Positions 11,201 through 20,723 of a stretch of DNA of 64,000 nucleotides are shown one piece after another; position 1 is the stretch's first letter; the number at the start of each line of letters is the position of its first letter. The notes under the pieces are model-generated. The model was not told the origin of the DNA and made no database searches. It saw nothing but the letters and a program-made list of their open reading frames with translations. This stretch comes from Promethearchaeota archaeon. Its GTDB lineage: Archaea; Asgardarchaeota; Lokiarchaeia; Sigyniarchaeales; SOKP01. The position numbers and the translations under genes are program-made. The DNA is taken from assembly GCA_048938895.1 (NCBI GenBank), contig JBHLLU010000013.1, positions 1 to 64,000 of the forward strand, read 5' to 3'.

Positions 11201-11297
11201 TATATCAAAAGAAATAGTAGAAGTGCATGGAGGAGAAATAATTGTTGAATCGGAAGGTAGAAACAAAGGTTCAACATTTACAATAAGACTTAATTAG
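8220..11297 (+). CDS. Cytoplasmic multi-PAS (six PAS/PAC) sensor histidine kinase
   Basis: Five SEEKY/SEAKF/SEENY/SEEKF linkers between PAS units; SHELKTPLTSI H-box; NILSNAVK, DTGIG and GSGLGL boxes. Confidence 0.92.
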   Translation: MEKHQTQIKQDKKKSFLNKDKMSQKSEKIEKIFDSLFNNYTSGIAYHKIIYDQNGTPINYNIKDVNPEYEKILSIKKENIINKTATEVYEIDKAPYLDIYSEVAETQISRSFETYFAPMDTYFKISVFSPEKGEFITVFNDVTEARKLEESEEKYRLITENANDLICILNKNYKYEYINEKTYLKVLGYSKKDLIGKSALKLNHPKDFERFISSFWGKKEVDNRIVELRIKHKNGNWIWLNVNIQRFRNEKNEKKFLLVSREITFRKLAEKKIKDSEEKYRHLFEDSPFAIALINFKGEILECNSYVEQLLGFKKEEITGKDFRLLNYIPKEYKSFVLNEFERIIKEDIPKPIRVQLYKKDGSKIWVLSHVSLIKLQEMKFIQVIIENITEMKKAEDALRESEAKFRLLTEQNLLAICILQDNKIVYANQAFSDINEISIQEMLKQKPNELTKIIHPDDIDFVLNQSEKKQSGDSKGIIPHYTYRKIMKDGRTKWVDHYSKTIQYNGRPADLITQVEITEQKKFEERLKKSEENYRELVNDANSIILRWDTEGKINFINEFGETFFGYSKSGLIGKHVIGTIVPEKETTGRDLEKLMDGICRNPEIYKNNVNENITKYGRRVWISWTNKAIKDVEGKLVGILSVGNDITKQRMATLKITESEEKFRTITEQSFIGIAILQDFEFKYVNQQFADTLGFKSKEILKWKPKEFFNFIHPDDRDKVMEIADKKYFGKNEVLAGLQFRVIKKSGKTIWLEIISKTIPFEGHLADLIATSDITEKKEAERIILEENKKLLELNKMRKDIITRVSHELKTPLTSIYGASQILQKHFEGKIEDDALNFIEILHRGALRLKKLVENLIDASRIESGKLELNLQMHDLVKLTNECVEEMKYVLENRKLKVDLAFPDELYFNVDKIRFQQVVTNILSNAVKNTPVEGQLYVSIVDNQDFVDIKIRDTGIGITEKEKELLFEKFGKMERYGMDLGVDLEGSGLGLYISKEIVEVHGGEIIVESEGRNKGSTFTIRLN

Positions 11298-11311
11298 AAC
11301 TTTTTTAAGAA

Positions 11312-11386
11312 TGGGCCTGGCAGGATTCGAACCTGCGACATCCCAGTCCGAAGCCGGGCACCCTATCCAGACTAGATTACAAGCCC
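11312..11386 (-). tRNA. tRNA-Arg (anticodon TCG)
   Basis: Reverse complement folds as a cloverleaf: acceptor GGGCTTG/CAGGCCC, anticodon arm CCCGG-CTTCGGA-CTGGG, T-arm GCAGG-TTCGAAT-CCTGC. Confidence 0.93.
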
Positions 11387-11489
11387 CTGAAAATAAAATT
11401 ATTATTATATTATCATTCATGATTTCAAAAAAACTTTGCTTAATCTGTTGAAATTTTACTAAATTTAAAGAATAAACCCAATATTATTC

Positions 11490-11933
11490 TTAAATTTTTA
11501 ACCCATTGTTGATAAATTTAAGAAGTAGTCTAAATAATTTAATAAATCTTAATCCTTGAGTCAGATCTCCATCGACTTTTATTAATCCCTTCATATAGGC
11601 GTCAGATCCCGCCATCTCTCTTTTGAGTATTTTAATAAAAATATCTTTCTCATATTTCACTCTGAAAGATGCCTCCCTGTTAATTCCTTTTTTGTAGATT
11701 ATAGTCCCATTGGATATTTTGATCCAAAAATTAAAGTTTATATCAGAAATCAAAATTTGATAGATATCATCGTAATCGACTATTTCTTCCTTTAACTCTT
11801 CAATCTCCTTTATCAGATTTACCGCAATCATTATAAATCGATTTAAAGCTGTGATAAATTCCTCATTATTGCGCTCTAAATCGTGAATTACTGATCTAAA
11901 ACCCTTTGAGTCAAGCATATATACTTGTGGCAA
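11490..11933 (-). CDS. SCP2 (sterol carrier protein 2) domain protein
   Basis: DAYMKGLIKVDGDL C-terminal SCP2 motif. Confidence 0.8.
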   Translation of the reverse strand: MPQVYMLDSKGFRSVIHDLERNNEEFITALNRFIMIAVNLIKEIEELKEEIVDYDDIYQILISDINFNFWIKISNGTIIYKKGINREASFRVKYEKDIFIKILKREMAGSDAYMKGLIKVDGDLTQGLRFIKLFRLLLKFINNGLKI

Positions 11934-12090
11934 ATTTACAAATATATTATATTGATATACCTATAAAATCCTTATATTCTACATCGTCTTTAAAACATTT
12001 AAATGTTTCTATTAAGAGTTCTCCGTGTAAATCAGAAAAAAATTTTTATATTTTGGTGTATTTCATTGCTTAATTAATTAATTTTTCAAT

Positions 12091-12197
12091 GCCCACATAG
12101 TGTAGCCCGGTCTATATTTTTTAAAATCTTATTAAATTAGCCGAAAGCATTCGGGACTGTCACTCCTGCGACGCGGGTTCAAATCCCGCTGTGGGCG
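12091..12197 (+). tRNA. tRNA-Asp (anticodon GTC) with a 32-nt intron in the D-loop (12114-12145)
   Basis: Acceptor GCCCACA/TGTGGGC, anticodon arm CGGGA-CTGTCAC-TCCTG, T-arm GCGGG-TTCAAAT-CCCGC. BHB-like motif: CGGT/GCCG helix with CTA and AAA bulges. Removing the intron leaves a 75-nt tRNA. Confidence 0.9.
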
Positions 12198-12320
12198 CTT
12201 TCTCTAAACATCGTAATACCAAAAGAAAACACCTTAAGCTAACTAGAAAAGGTAAAATATATAAAAAAAAATAGAAAGTAAATAGAAAGTGTGCTAAACA
12301 GAGAGGTTAAATTAATAAAC

Positions 12321-12767
12321 TTACATATCTTCTATAAGATCTTCATATGCTTCCAAAGCTAGTTCAATTATCTCTTGAAAAGCCATAGCATCTTGAAGAT
12401 TTCCTTCTACAGTAATATCACCAGCCATATAAGCGCTTGTAGCATCTACCTCGCCCATTAAAATCCCAGCACCGACCTCTAAATTAGATGACATAGTGAA
12501 TGAAGGATTATCTACTTCTCCATCTCCAAAATCTAAATCTCCTTCCTTTACTGTGAGCCAGAACTTCTTATCAGCGTCAGAAATGACCATCTGTATAGCA
12601 ATATCCATGTCTTCAAGCTCTTCTTTAAGATCTTCATTCTCAGTTGAGACTTGTTTGATAAAACTAAAAACCTTCATCATATCATCAACTGAAGCAGCAG
12701 AAGCACCAGCATCCTGAGCTGCTTTTAGTTCCTTTAATAATGATTCGTCTACCATTTTAATTTTCAA
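12321..12767 (-). CDS. SCP2 domain protein (likely start MVDES at 12755)
   Basis: GEVDATSAYMAGDITVEGNL SCP2 motif. Confidence 0.85.
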   Translation of the reverse strand: MKIKMVDESLLKELKAAQDAGASAASVDDMMKVFSFIKQVSTENEDLKEELEDMDIAIQMVISDADKKFWLTVKEGDLDFGDGEVDNPSFTMSSNLEVGAGILMGEVDATSAYMAGDITVEGNLQDAMAFQEIIELALEAYEDLIEDM

Positions 12768-12837
12768 CCTTCTTTTTTAACTTTATTAATTATTTAGAAA
12801 ATTAATTAGATTAAATTAATTAAAATTGCAATTTATA

Positions 12838-12865
12838 ATAACCTTTTGGTATATAAAAAGGTTAT
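12838..12865. promoter_or_regulatory. Perfect inverted repeat ATAACCTTTT-N8-AAAAGGTTAT overlapping a TATA-like box upstream of the SCP2 gene
   Basis: 10-bp arms read directly; spacer GGTATATA. Confidence 0.45.
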
Positions 12866-13080
12866 ATTTCTTTTTTTTGGTTTTTCGAATCAATTAAACC
12901 ATATCGTTAACTATCGAAATGGTTTAGAATTTATAGATATATTATACCTATATTATGAGAGCTTAATAAAACAAATTAAATAGATTTAGGTAAAAATGCA
13001 AAAAAGTTAAAACATCATATTTATATTAGGGGTCTATAGAGCAGACAAAAAATTTTAATTATCATAGTCTTGAGATTAGA

Positions 13081-13698
13081 ATGATTTTAGAACAACTTTA
13101 TGATGCAACGAACAATTTAATCAACCAACAGTTCTATCAAGATGGGCATGACTTAATTATTGGAAGAACACCTGAGATTTCTGTAAAAATTAGTAAATCA
13201 GGTCAAATAATAAGAAAATTTAAAGACTTATTTAATGCTAACTTGCAATTATTTCTTGAGGGTAAATACCTACAATTCTTAAGTCTTTTCAAGAAAATTA
13301 AGGGAGTAGATGAAAATAATATTAATGAAATTTATCAAGATCTTCAATTAAAATTTCATAATCTAAAAGATATTAAGAATATCGATATTATAGTTCTCTA
13401 TGCTCTTGTATTAAATTCTTTAATTTCAAGTATTCGGGATATTAACTTTAGTAAAGCTCTTACTGAGATTAACAGAAGAGTAAAGAAAAAAAGAAAAATA
13501 AGTGGTGTAAAAATACAGAAGGTATTGGATATGCTTTTTATGAAAAATGATCATAACGTATCTATTTTATATAACATTTCGTATCTAGATACATTAGCAG
13601 AATCCTTCAATTATCGAAAGGTCGCTCACACCTGTAAAATTCAAAAATCAAAATATATAAACCGAATTGTGGAAATTATATTAGATCTAGATAATTAG
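13081..13698 (+). CDS. Hypothetical protein
   Basis: 205-aa ORF with plausible composition; no recognised motif. Confidence 0.6.
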   Translation: MILEQLYDATNNLINQQFYQDGHDLIIGRTPEISVKISKSGQIIRKFKDLFNANLQLFLEGKYLQFLSLFKKIKGVDENNINEIYQDLQLKFHNLKDIKNIDIIVLYALVLNSLISSIRDINFSKALTEINRRVKKKRKISGVKIQKVLDMLFMKNDHNVSILYNISYLDTLAESFNYRKVAHTCKIQKSKYINRIVEIILDLDN

Positions 13699-13711
13699 AT
13701 ATAACAAAATC

Positions 13712-14479
13712 CTAAATTCTCTTAATATTCTGTAGTTCTTCAACAAAAATTGTAGCTAGTGCATATTGTACTTCTTTTCGTAGCTCTAGATCCTGTATTC
13801 TTATTTTGTCAGATAATTCAATCTGGATAACCTGGCTATTTGGAATTTGAGAAGCTCCGTATGTTTTGGTAATATATCCCCCCGTTAAGACATATTCTCT
13901 TCTCTGAGGATTACTAGGGGCTATAGGAATATTTAATTCAGTAAACTTTTGAACGATTCTTCCTCGTAAATTATTTCCCCACTCCTTTTTAGGGATTTTT
14001 GAAGAGTAGAAAGATTCTAAATTATTTGTTCCTAAAATTATATCAACATCTCTGAAACCAGGTGGACGATTAGCCTTTTCAAACCCATGTAAATCTATTA
14101 AAATTGATCGCTCATATATCTCTAAGTTATTTATGACAGTTTCTTTAATCCTATCATGAAAAAATCTATATATTTGTTTTGCAAGTTTAGAATGTTGTAT
14201 AAAAGCCTCTGATTCTTCCCTGTTTAAATCTATTCTACTACGGGCAACTTTGGACATAACATATGAAGGAGATTTGCCATTAATGTTATTTTTCTCATAA
14301 AAATTCTTAATAAAATCAATAAGTTCCCTAGAAAACTCGATGGTTTCACCATCAATTCCTAAAAAACCTTTTATTCTTCTTGGGATTTCATCAACGTCCA
14401 ATTTGCCACCATGAGGTACAGATATTACTAAAGGAATATCACCTTTCAGAAATTCTATGTATGATGCAGGATCTTTCAT
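13712..14479 (-). CDS. N-formylglutamate amidohydrolase-like protein
   Basis: ISVPHGG, RSRIDLNR, LIDLHG, GGYIT and IQIE motifs. Confidence 0.75.
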   Translation of the reverse strand: MKDPASYIEFLKGDIPLVISVPHGGKLDVDEIPRRIKGFLGIDGETIEFSRELIDFIKNFYEKNNINGKSPSYVMSKVARSRIDLNREESEAFIQHSKLAKQIYRFFHDRIKETVINNLEIYERSILIDLHGFEKANRPPGFRDVDIILGTNNLESFYSSKIPKKEWGNNLRGRIVQKFTELNIPIAPSNPQRREYVLTGGYITKTYGASQIPNSQVIQIELSDKIRIQDLELRKEVQYALATIFVEELQNIKRI

Positions 14480-14521
14480 ATTTTTAGGATTAAAGTAAAA
14501 TTAAAAATATAAAAGATAATA

Positions 14522-14989
14522 TTAGATTATTGGAGAATTCTGAAACGTGAGATACCTCATTACAATGAAAATGCTTATCCAGACTCCAAAACTTATTAGA
14601 CCAAATGTATAGTATGCGAAAGACCCTTTATCTTTTTCAAATGTTATATAGGCAAAGAGCCATGTACCTAAACCCCCAACCCCACATAGTAAGATATCTG
14701 TTGTAATATTTTGCCAACTATCTGCTCGATCCTCAAATTTCCATCCCAGATTTAGAAAAATAAAATTTTCTATAACTTCCCATAATATCGAACAGATCAT
14801 CGTTAAGATAAATACAAATAGTAATGAAAAAATAGGAACAGTACCATATTTTCTCTTTGGGATTGTATAAAATAAAGAAAAAAACAGAAATAATCCAATT
14901 CCAAAACAGATATGACCAATTGAGTAGAAATCAAACCAAGAAATGCCGACTTCAGAGATTTCTGTTGCAATAAATTCATTCAATAACAT
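14522..14989 (-). CDS. Membrane protein, DUF2585-like
   Basis: DFYSIGH, WEVIEN and DSWQN...D motifs with four TM segments. Confidence 0.6.
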   Translation of the reverse strand: MLLNEFIATEISEVGISWFDFYSIGHICFGIGLFLFFSLFYTIPKRKYGTVPIFSLLFVFILTMICSILWEVIENFIFLNLGWKFEDRADSWQNITTDILLCGVGGLGTWLFAYITFEKDKGSFAYYTFGLISFGVWISIFIVMRYLTFQNSPII

Positions 14990-15195
14990 AACAAATTCAC
15001 TTTTTTTAATTTTACTTTTTACATTTTAGATAATAATGGAAATTTAAAAATAAATATCCATATGAAATTTAAACTCATAATTTGAGCAATTTTTTCTTTT
15101 TACTCCAAAATAACGAATTATAAATTTGGTTTAAAAAATATTGTATTATATATCATCTGAAAATTGAATATGGAATATTAAAAGGAAGGTTTTTT

Positions 15196-16473
15196 TTGAA
15201 AAGTAACGCTTTTGTAATATATTACCATAAACTAAATTTTTACAGTTTAAATGCTATAGCGGGTGCACTCGAAACAGATAATATAATTGAAAACTTAGAC
15301 ATATTTTTTCCAAGTAAGGAGCAAGAGCTAATAAACACTCTTGATGAGGTTATTACAATCTACAACAGAGTAGCAATTGCAATTTCTTTTACCACATTTC
15401 AACTTTTTGACACCATTAAATTAATTGAGAAATTGAAACGCAGGTTTCACAATAAATGTATATTGATTGCCGGAGGTCCTCACCCTACCGGGGACCCGAG
15501 GGGGACTCTTAACCTGGGTTTTGATATCGTCGTAGTTGGAGAAGGTGAAGAAACCATCATTGAACTTATGAACAACCTTTTAACTACTCAAGAAATTAGT
15601 GAAGTAAAGGGAATTGCATATTTTAATGAGGAAGGAACCCCTACCTTTACAGGAAGACGTGCATTAATTAATTTAAATAAATATCCCCCCTTTCCTATAA
15701 AAAATACTCGATTTGGGGCAATTGAAATAACTAGGGGTTGCCCTTATGTATGCTATTTTTGCCAAACACCGTATATTTCAGGAACATCCCCAAGGCATAG
15801 AAATATAGAAACCATATGCAAGTATGTACAAATTTTAGTAGATTATTATGGAGATTATACAGATATAAGATTTATATCTCCTAATGCCTTTAGTTATGGG
15901 TCCGTGGATGGGAAAACGGTGAATCTAAAGAAATTTGAAAATTTACTTTCCAAAGTTAGAAATATTATTGGAAAAAAAGGGCGTATGTTCGTAGGAACTT
16001 TTCCATCAGAAGTAAGACCCGAACATGTTATTCAAGATACATTAAACTTAGTTCTGAAGTATGGAAATAATGATAATATTACAGTGGGTGCGCAATCAGG
16101 GAGTCAAAAAGTCTTAGACTTATGTCACAGAGGTCATAATGTGGATCAGATCTATAGGGCTGTAGACTTAACATTAAAAAATAATCTTAAAATTAATGTT
16201 GACTTTATTTTTGGGTTACCTGGGGAAGATTTTGAGGATATTAAATCTACGATAGAAATGATGAAAAACTTATCGAAGAAAGGTGCTAGAATTCATGCTC
16301 ACTCATTTATTCCTTTACCACAAACGCCCTTTTTTAAAGAACCTGTAAAAAGAATGAATAAAATTTATAAAAAAGAAATACAGAATTTAATTGCCAAAGG
16401 CCAAGCATTTGGGAACTGGAACACTCAAGAAAAATTAGCAATCAAGATATCGAAATATTTTAGAAATAAATAA
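15196..16473 (+). CDS. B12-binding domain / radical SAM protein
   Basis: GGPHPT and GEGE cobalamin-domain motifs; RGCPYVCYFC CxxxCxxC. Confidence 0.9.
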   Translation: MKSNAFVIYYHKLNFYSLNAIAGALETDNIIENLDIFFPSKEQELINTLDEVITIYNRVAIAISFTTFQLFDTIKLIEKLKRRFHNKCILIAGGPHPTGDPRGTLNLGFDIVVVGEGEETIIELMNNLLTTQEISEVKGIAYFNEEGTPTFTGRRALINLNKYPPFPIKNTRFGAIEITRGCPYVCYFCQTPYISGTSPRHRNIETICKYVQILVDYYGDYTDIRFISPNAFSYGSVDGKTVNLKKFENLLSKVRNIIGKKGRMFVGTFPSEVRPEHVIQDTLNLVLKYGNNDNITVGAQSGSQKVLDLCHRGHNVDQIYRAVDLTLKNNLKINVDFIFGLPGEDFEDIKSTIEMMKNLSKKGARIHAHSFIPLPQTPFFKEPVKRMNKIYKKEIQNLIAKGQAFGNWNTQEKLAIKISKYFRNK

Positions 16474-16485
16474 TTTTACATCTTA

Positions 16486-17343
16486 CTAAACAATCTGAAT
16501 GGTATCGTTCTCTAATTTAATAAAACTTTCTTTTACTAATTGATCAAGGATTTGTTTTAACTTCTCAGAAGTTACACCCTTAAGTTCTTTCAAAAGATCA
16601 CCCCTTTTCATATTCTTTTTATTTATCAGAATTTTTAATATTTTACCTCTTAACTCTCGACTAGAACCTTTAAATGGAGCTTGCTTTCGATAATGTGCAC
16701 TTCGTTTGTTTAAATCAGGGTAAGTTTTTTTAAGCATCACGCCGTAATCCATTAAAGCATAATACCATTTTCGAGAATTTTCACAATCCATAGTTTTCTC
16801 TAAAATTGGTATAATTTGCTTATCTGTTATACTTCTTTTGCCTGGAAAAAAGAAGTAGAAATATACTCTTCTTATATTGGTTTCAATAAAAATAGTAGGT
16901 TTATTAAAAGCGAATGTAACGATTGAGGACGCTGTATTATGTCCAATCTGTGGAAAAGTCTTTAATATATCAATCGAATCTGGTAAATCACCATTATAAT
17001 CAGTAATTATCATTTCAGCAATTTTTTTTAATGCTACTGCTCTCCGATTGTACCCTAGACCTTGCCAAGTTTTGAGAACATCTTCTAATTGAGCTTGTGA
17101 TAATGTATAAAAATCTGGGAATTTATCTATGAAATTTAGAAATTTTTCTGCAACCCTTCCTGTTTGCGTTTGTTGTAACATAATTTCTGACACAACTACA
17201 TTATAAGGAGTAATATTTTCTCTAAAAGGAAATTTTCTACCTTGTTGTTTATAATAATCATAAATTATGTTTTGGAATTGTGAAATTATCCTTGATGAAA
17301 GCCCCTCTGATTTATATAAATTATGGAATTCTGAGATAAGCAT
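16486..17343 (-). CDS. mutY: A/G-specific adenine glycosylase, MutY-like, without the Fe-S cysteine cluster
   Basis: VSEIMLQQTQ, WQGLGYNRRA, HhH region, ETNIRRV, ALMDYG. Confidence 0.8.
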   Translation of the reverse strand: MLISEFHNLYKSEGLSSRIISQFQNIIYDYYKQQGRKFPFRENITPYNVVVSEIMLQQTQTGRVAEKFLNFIDKFPDFYTLSQAQLEDVLKTWQGLGYNRRAVALKKIAEMIITDYNGDLPDSIDILKTFPQIGHNTASSIVTFAFNKPTIFIETNIRRVYFYFFFPGKRSITDKQIIPILEKTMDCENSRKWYYALMDYGVMLKKTYPDLNKRSAHYRKQAPFKGSSRELRGKILKILINKKNMKRGDLLKELKGVTSEKLKQILDQLVKESFIKLENDTIQIV

Positions 17344-17369
17344 TATTATTCACCATAATACAGAAGTAA

Positions 17370-19292
17370 TCATGTTGAAATATCGAAAATAAACTCAGTT
17401 ACCCCACCCTCAATTTTTCTGAATGTTATCTCATATCCAGAAGTATTAATAATATGGAGCATTGCCTTGTTTCCAAGTAAAATTGAGCCACCTAAACTTT
17501 TATAATTAAGTTCTCTTGCAATTTGTACAAGAAATCGTAGTAAGATTCTTGTTAACCCTAAGCTTCGCCAATCTTTATGAACTACAAATAATAATTCTGC
17601 TAATGAAGGCTTGGCTGTTTTAAAAAAACCACCCATCGCAACAATCTTTTCTTCTCCATTCTCATTATCAACCACAACTAATATCATATCAGTAGAATAA
17701 TCAATATTTACCATCGGGGCAATTTTTTTATGACGAAAATCCTTCATAGGGGTAAAAAATCGGAGATATCTATCTTTATCATCAAGAGAATAATGTAATT
17801 CTTGTATCATTCTCTCATCAGTGGGTTTTACTGGGCGGATTTTTACTACTCTATCATTTTTCAATGGTACCATAAACTCATATTTTTGAGGGTAGATAGA
17901 AATTCTTCCGTCAATAGATATTGGTAATTTTTGGTCGGAATAAACATAATTCCACTTTTTTGCTTGTTCTAGAAGTTCTTCTCTAAAATCTGGATGTGCG
18001 ATATTAATCATTTGTAGAACTCTTTCACGTATAGATTTGCCATATAGATATGCAATTCCCCATTCTGAAACAACATAATGCACATCTCCTCTTGTAATAA
18101 CCACTCCCGATCCTGGTTGAAGATATGGTACAATCCGAGAGACAACTGTTCCATCTTTTAATGTGGTGGTTGAAGGAACTACCATAATAGGTTTTCCATA
18201 TTCTGCACGGGCTGCACCTCTAACAAAATCAACTTGTCCTCCAATTCCACTAAAAAACCTGTGGCCAATAGAATCTGAGTTAATTTGTCCTGTCAGATCT
18301 ACTGAAAGCGCAGCGTTTATTGCAACTTGCCGTCTATTCTTACTAATAATGTAAGGATCATTTGTATAATCACTTGGGTGAAATTCTACCATAGGATTAT
18401 CATTTACAAAATCATAAAGTCTTTTTGAACCCATAACAAAAGAACAGATAATCTTGTCTTTATGAATTGTTTTCTTTTTGCATGTTATGACACCTTGTTC
18501 AACAAGATCGACGATCCCGTCTGAAAAAACTTCACTATGGACACCCAAATCCTTTTTTTCATGGAGTGCTTCAGTAACAGCGTTAGGGATTATACCTATT
18601 CCCATTTGAATTGTGGATTCATCTTCTATTAACGATGCTACATATTGTGCAATATCAGTGGCTATTTTATCAGATTTTCCATAACTATATTCAATTATGT
18701 CATGATCTGAAACTATAAATGCCTCAATATCATCCATATGAATAAAAGAATCTCCCAAAGTACGTGGCATCTTTGGATTAATCTCAGCAACTACTTTATC
18801 AGCTACTTCGGCTATAGTTTTTACTATATCTACATTTATTCCAAAACTACAATACCCATATTTGTCTGGTGGGCTTACTTGGATTAAAGCCGTATCTAAA
18901 TGCATCTTACCAGATTTAAAAAGTCTAGGGATTTCTGAAAGTAATATTGGCGTATAGTCTGCCTGACCTTCTCTTATATACTTACGAAGAGATTTCCCAA
19001 TGAACAAAGCATTGTGCCTAAATAAATCTTCAATTCCTCCAACAGTTTCATAATAATCAAGATCGCTTAAGCTAAGAAAATGTAAGATTTCTACATCTGG
19101 AAGTATTGGACCAAATTCAATCAGTTTTTTAGTAAGATCTATTGGTTCTGAACAACCTGAATCAATGAAAATTCTATTTCCAGGTTTGATGTAATTCTTA
19201 ATAGCATTATCAATAGAAACTTGTTTCTTACTGTATTTTTTTAATAATTGGGAGAGTTCTGTATCTGAAATCATAGGCATTTTATTTTTCAT
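17370..19292 (-). CDS. Acetyl-CoA hydrolase/CoA-transferase fused to a C-terminal GNAT domain
   Basis: QMGIG, LGVHSE, DLTGQ, SGIGGQVDFVRGA and SEWG motifs; C-terminal IRPVKPTD...RFF...DWRSLGL GNAT. Confidence 0.88.
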   Translation of the reverse strand: MKNKMPMISDTELSQLLKKYSKKQVSIDNAIKNYIKPGNRIFIDSGCSEPIDLTKKLIEFGPILPDVEILHFLSLSDLDYYETVGGIEDLFRHNALFIGKSLRKYIREGQADYTPILLSEIPRLFKSGKMHLDTALIQVSPPDKYGYCSFGINVDIVKTIAEVADKVVAEINPKMPRTLGDSFIHMDDIEAFIVSDHDIIEYSYGKSDKIATDIAQYVASLIEDESTIQMGIGIIPNAVTEALHEKKDLGVHSEVFSDGIVDLVEQGVITCKKKTIHKDKIICSFVMGSKRLYDFVNDNPMVEFHPSDYTNDPYIISKNRRQVAINAALSVDLTGQINSDSIGHRFFSGIGGQVDFVRGAARAEYGKPIMVVPSTTTLKDGTVVSRIVPYLQPGSGVVITRGDVHYVVSEWGIAYLYGKSIRERVLQMINIAHPDFREELLEQAKKWNYVYSDQKLPISIDGRISIYPQKYEFMVPLKNDRVVKIRPVKPTDERMIQELHYSLDDKDRYLRFFTPMKDFRHKKIAPMVNIDYSTDMILVVVDNENGEEKIVAMGGFFKTAKPSLAELLFVVHKDWRSLGLTRILLRFLVQIARELNYKSLGGSILLGNKAMLHIINTSGYEITFRKIEGGVTEFIFDIST

Positions 19293-19572
19293 ATATTTGT
19301 TTTCATTTACACATTAGTTAATAAGGAGTACTAAATAATTATAGGCATTTTTAATTTAATACCTTATTATATTATATTATAATTTCTGAAGAATAATCCC
19401 CAAATGGATTTAATATTCCTTATTAGTTCTATGGGAATTATTTCATTCAAAATAAAGATTTATTTGAGAGGTATTAATTTACATTTAGGTTAAATTAGAA
19501 TAAACAATAATAAATATCTAAGTTGTTTCTAGAAATCTATAAAAAAGAGACTTTCAATAACTAAGTTTTCCA

Positions 19573-19911
19573 ATGCCTGATGATACAGTTGAGATTGAGG
19601 ATTTAGAAGCATTTATTGATGGATTAACATCTTCTATGGATACATTGGGAGATATTGATCCCAATAAGGCTAGAGGATTTCAAGCCCAACTAGCGAAAGC
19701 GATTTCTGACTTAAGAATAAAGAGGGCAGCTAAAATTGAACCACTTCCTCAACATATAGGGCATTTCACTAAAGAAGACTTAAAAAAATATTTATTAAAA
19801 GAGTTAATGACTCTTCAAGATCACTTAGATTCTTCTGATTATAATCGAAGAAAAAAGTTTGAACTCGTAAAAAAGATAGCTCTACTGAGGGAACAAATTA
19901 ATACTATTTAA
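19573..19911 (+). CDS. Hypothetical helical protein
   Basis: 112-aa ORF co-oriented with tatD. Confidence 0.6.
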   Translation: MPDDTVEIEDLEAFIDGLTSSMDTLGDIDPNKARGFQAQLAKAISDLRIKRAAKIEPLPQHIGHFTKEDLKKYLLKELMTLQDHLDSSDYNRRKKFELVKKIALLREQINTI

Positions 19912-19949
19912 ATAGATGTACTTTTTATTCTTAGATTAATTTTTAAAAG

Positions 19950-20714
19950 GTGTATAAAATTCTAATTGATATCCACTGTCATGCAAATCTTTATTTAGCT
20001 CTAGATCAAGTATTAATCGAAGCTAAGGCTGCGGGGGTCGAAAAAATCATTGCTATCGCAATGAGTGCTCTAAGCATCGAAAGAATTTTAGAATTATCAG
20101 AAAGATATGAACCTATGTACCCTGCTTTAGGAATTCACCCCGAAGAAGTAAAGATGAATAGGAATATTGAAAATGAAATAGATTCTGTGATTGAAGTTAT
20201 AAAAAGAAATAAATCAAAAATTTGTGCTATAGGTGAAATCGGTTTAGATCATTATTTTGTGAAAGAAAAAGAGTTATATCCTCTCCAAATTACTATCTTT
20301 GAAAATATGTTAGCATTAGCTCAAGAGTTAAAATTACCTGTCAATCTACATACAAAAGGAGCTGAAAAATTAATATTTGAAATGTTACCTTCATTTCTAT
20401 TACCCAATGTTAATATTCATTGGTATTCAGGACCAGAAGAATATTTACAGCAGGGAATTGATAGAGGATATTATTTTTCAGTAACTCCTGCAATTAGTTA
20501 TTCACCCGCAGTAAAAAAAACAGTATTAACAGTTGATAAAGAACATCTTTTGCTTGAAAGTGATGGACCAGTAAAATATTCAGGAAAAGATGGAACTCCT
20601 GCTATGATTAAGGATGTATTAAGCACTGTCTCGAATTTGAAAAATGTTCCCATGGATGAGCTAGAAAATCAAATTTATGAAAATACAAAAAAAGTATTTC
20701 CCCGTATTTTTTAA
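19950..20714 (+). CDS. tatD: TatD-family hydrolase
   Basis: DIHCH, GIHP, IGEIGLD, LH, IHW and LLESDGP motifs. Confidence 0.9.
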   Translation: MYKILIDIHCHANLYLALDQVLIEAKAAGVEKIIAIAMSALSIERILELSERYEPMYPALGIHPEEVKMNRNIENEIDSVIEVIKRNKSKICAIGEIGLDHYFVKEKELYPLQITIFENMLALAQELKLPVNLHTKGAEKLIFEMLPSFLLPNVNIHWYSGPEEYLQQGIDRGYYFSVTPAISYSPAVKKTVLTVDKEHLLLESDGPVKYSGKDGTPAMIKDVLSTVSNLKNVPMDELENQIYENTKKVFPRIF

Positions 20715-20723
20715 TCAAAATTA

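Noticed and set aside
11993-12008. Palindrome AAACATTTAAATGTTT
   Set aside because: Almost entirely A/T in AT-rich DNA, so plausible by chance.
11312-12197. tRNA genes as integration sites of a provirus or island
   Set aside because: No integrase and no duplicated tRNA 3' end was noticed in the window.
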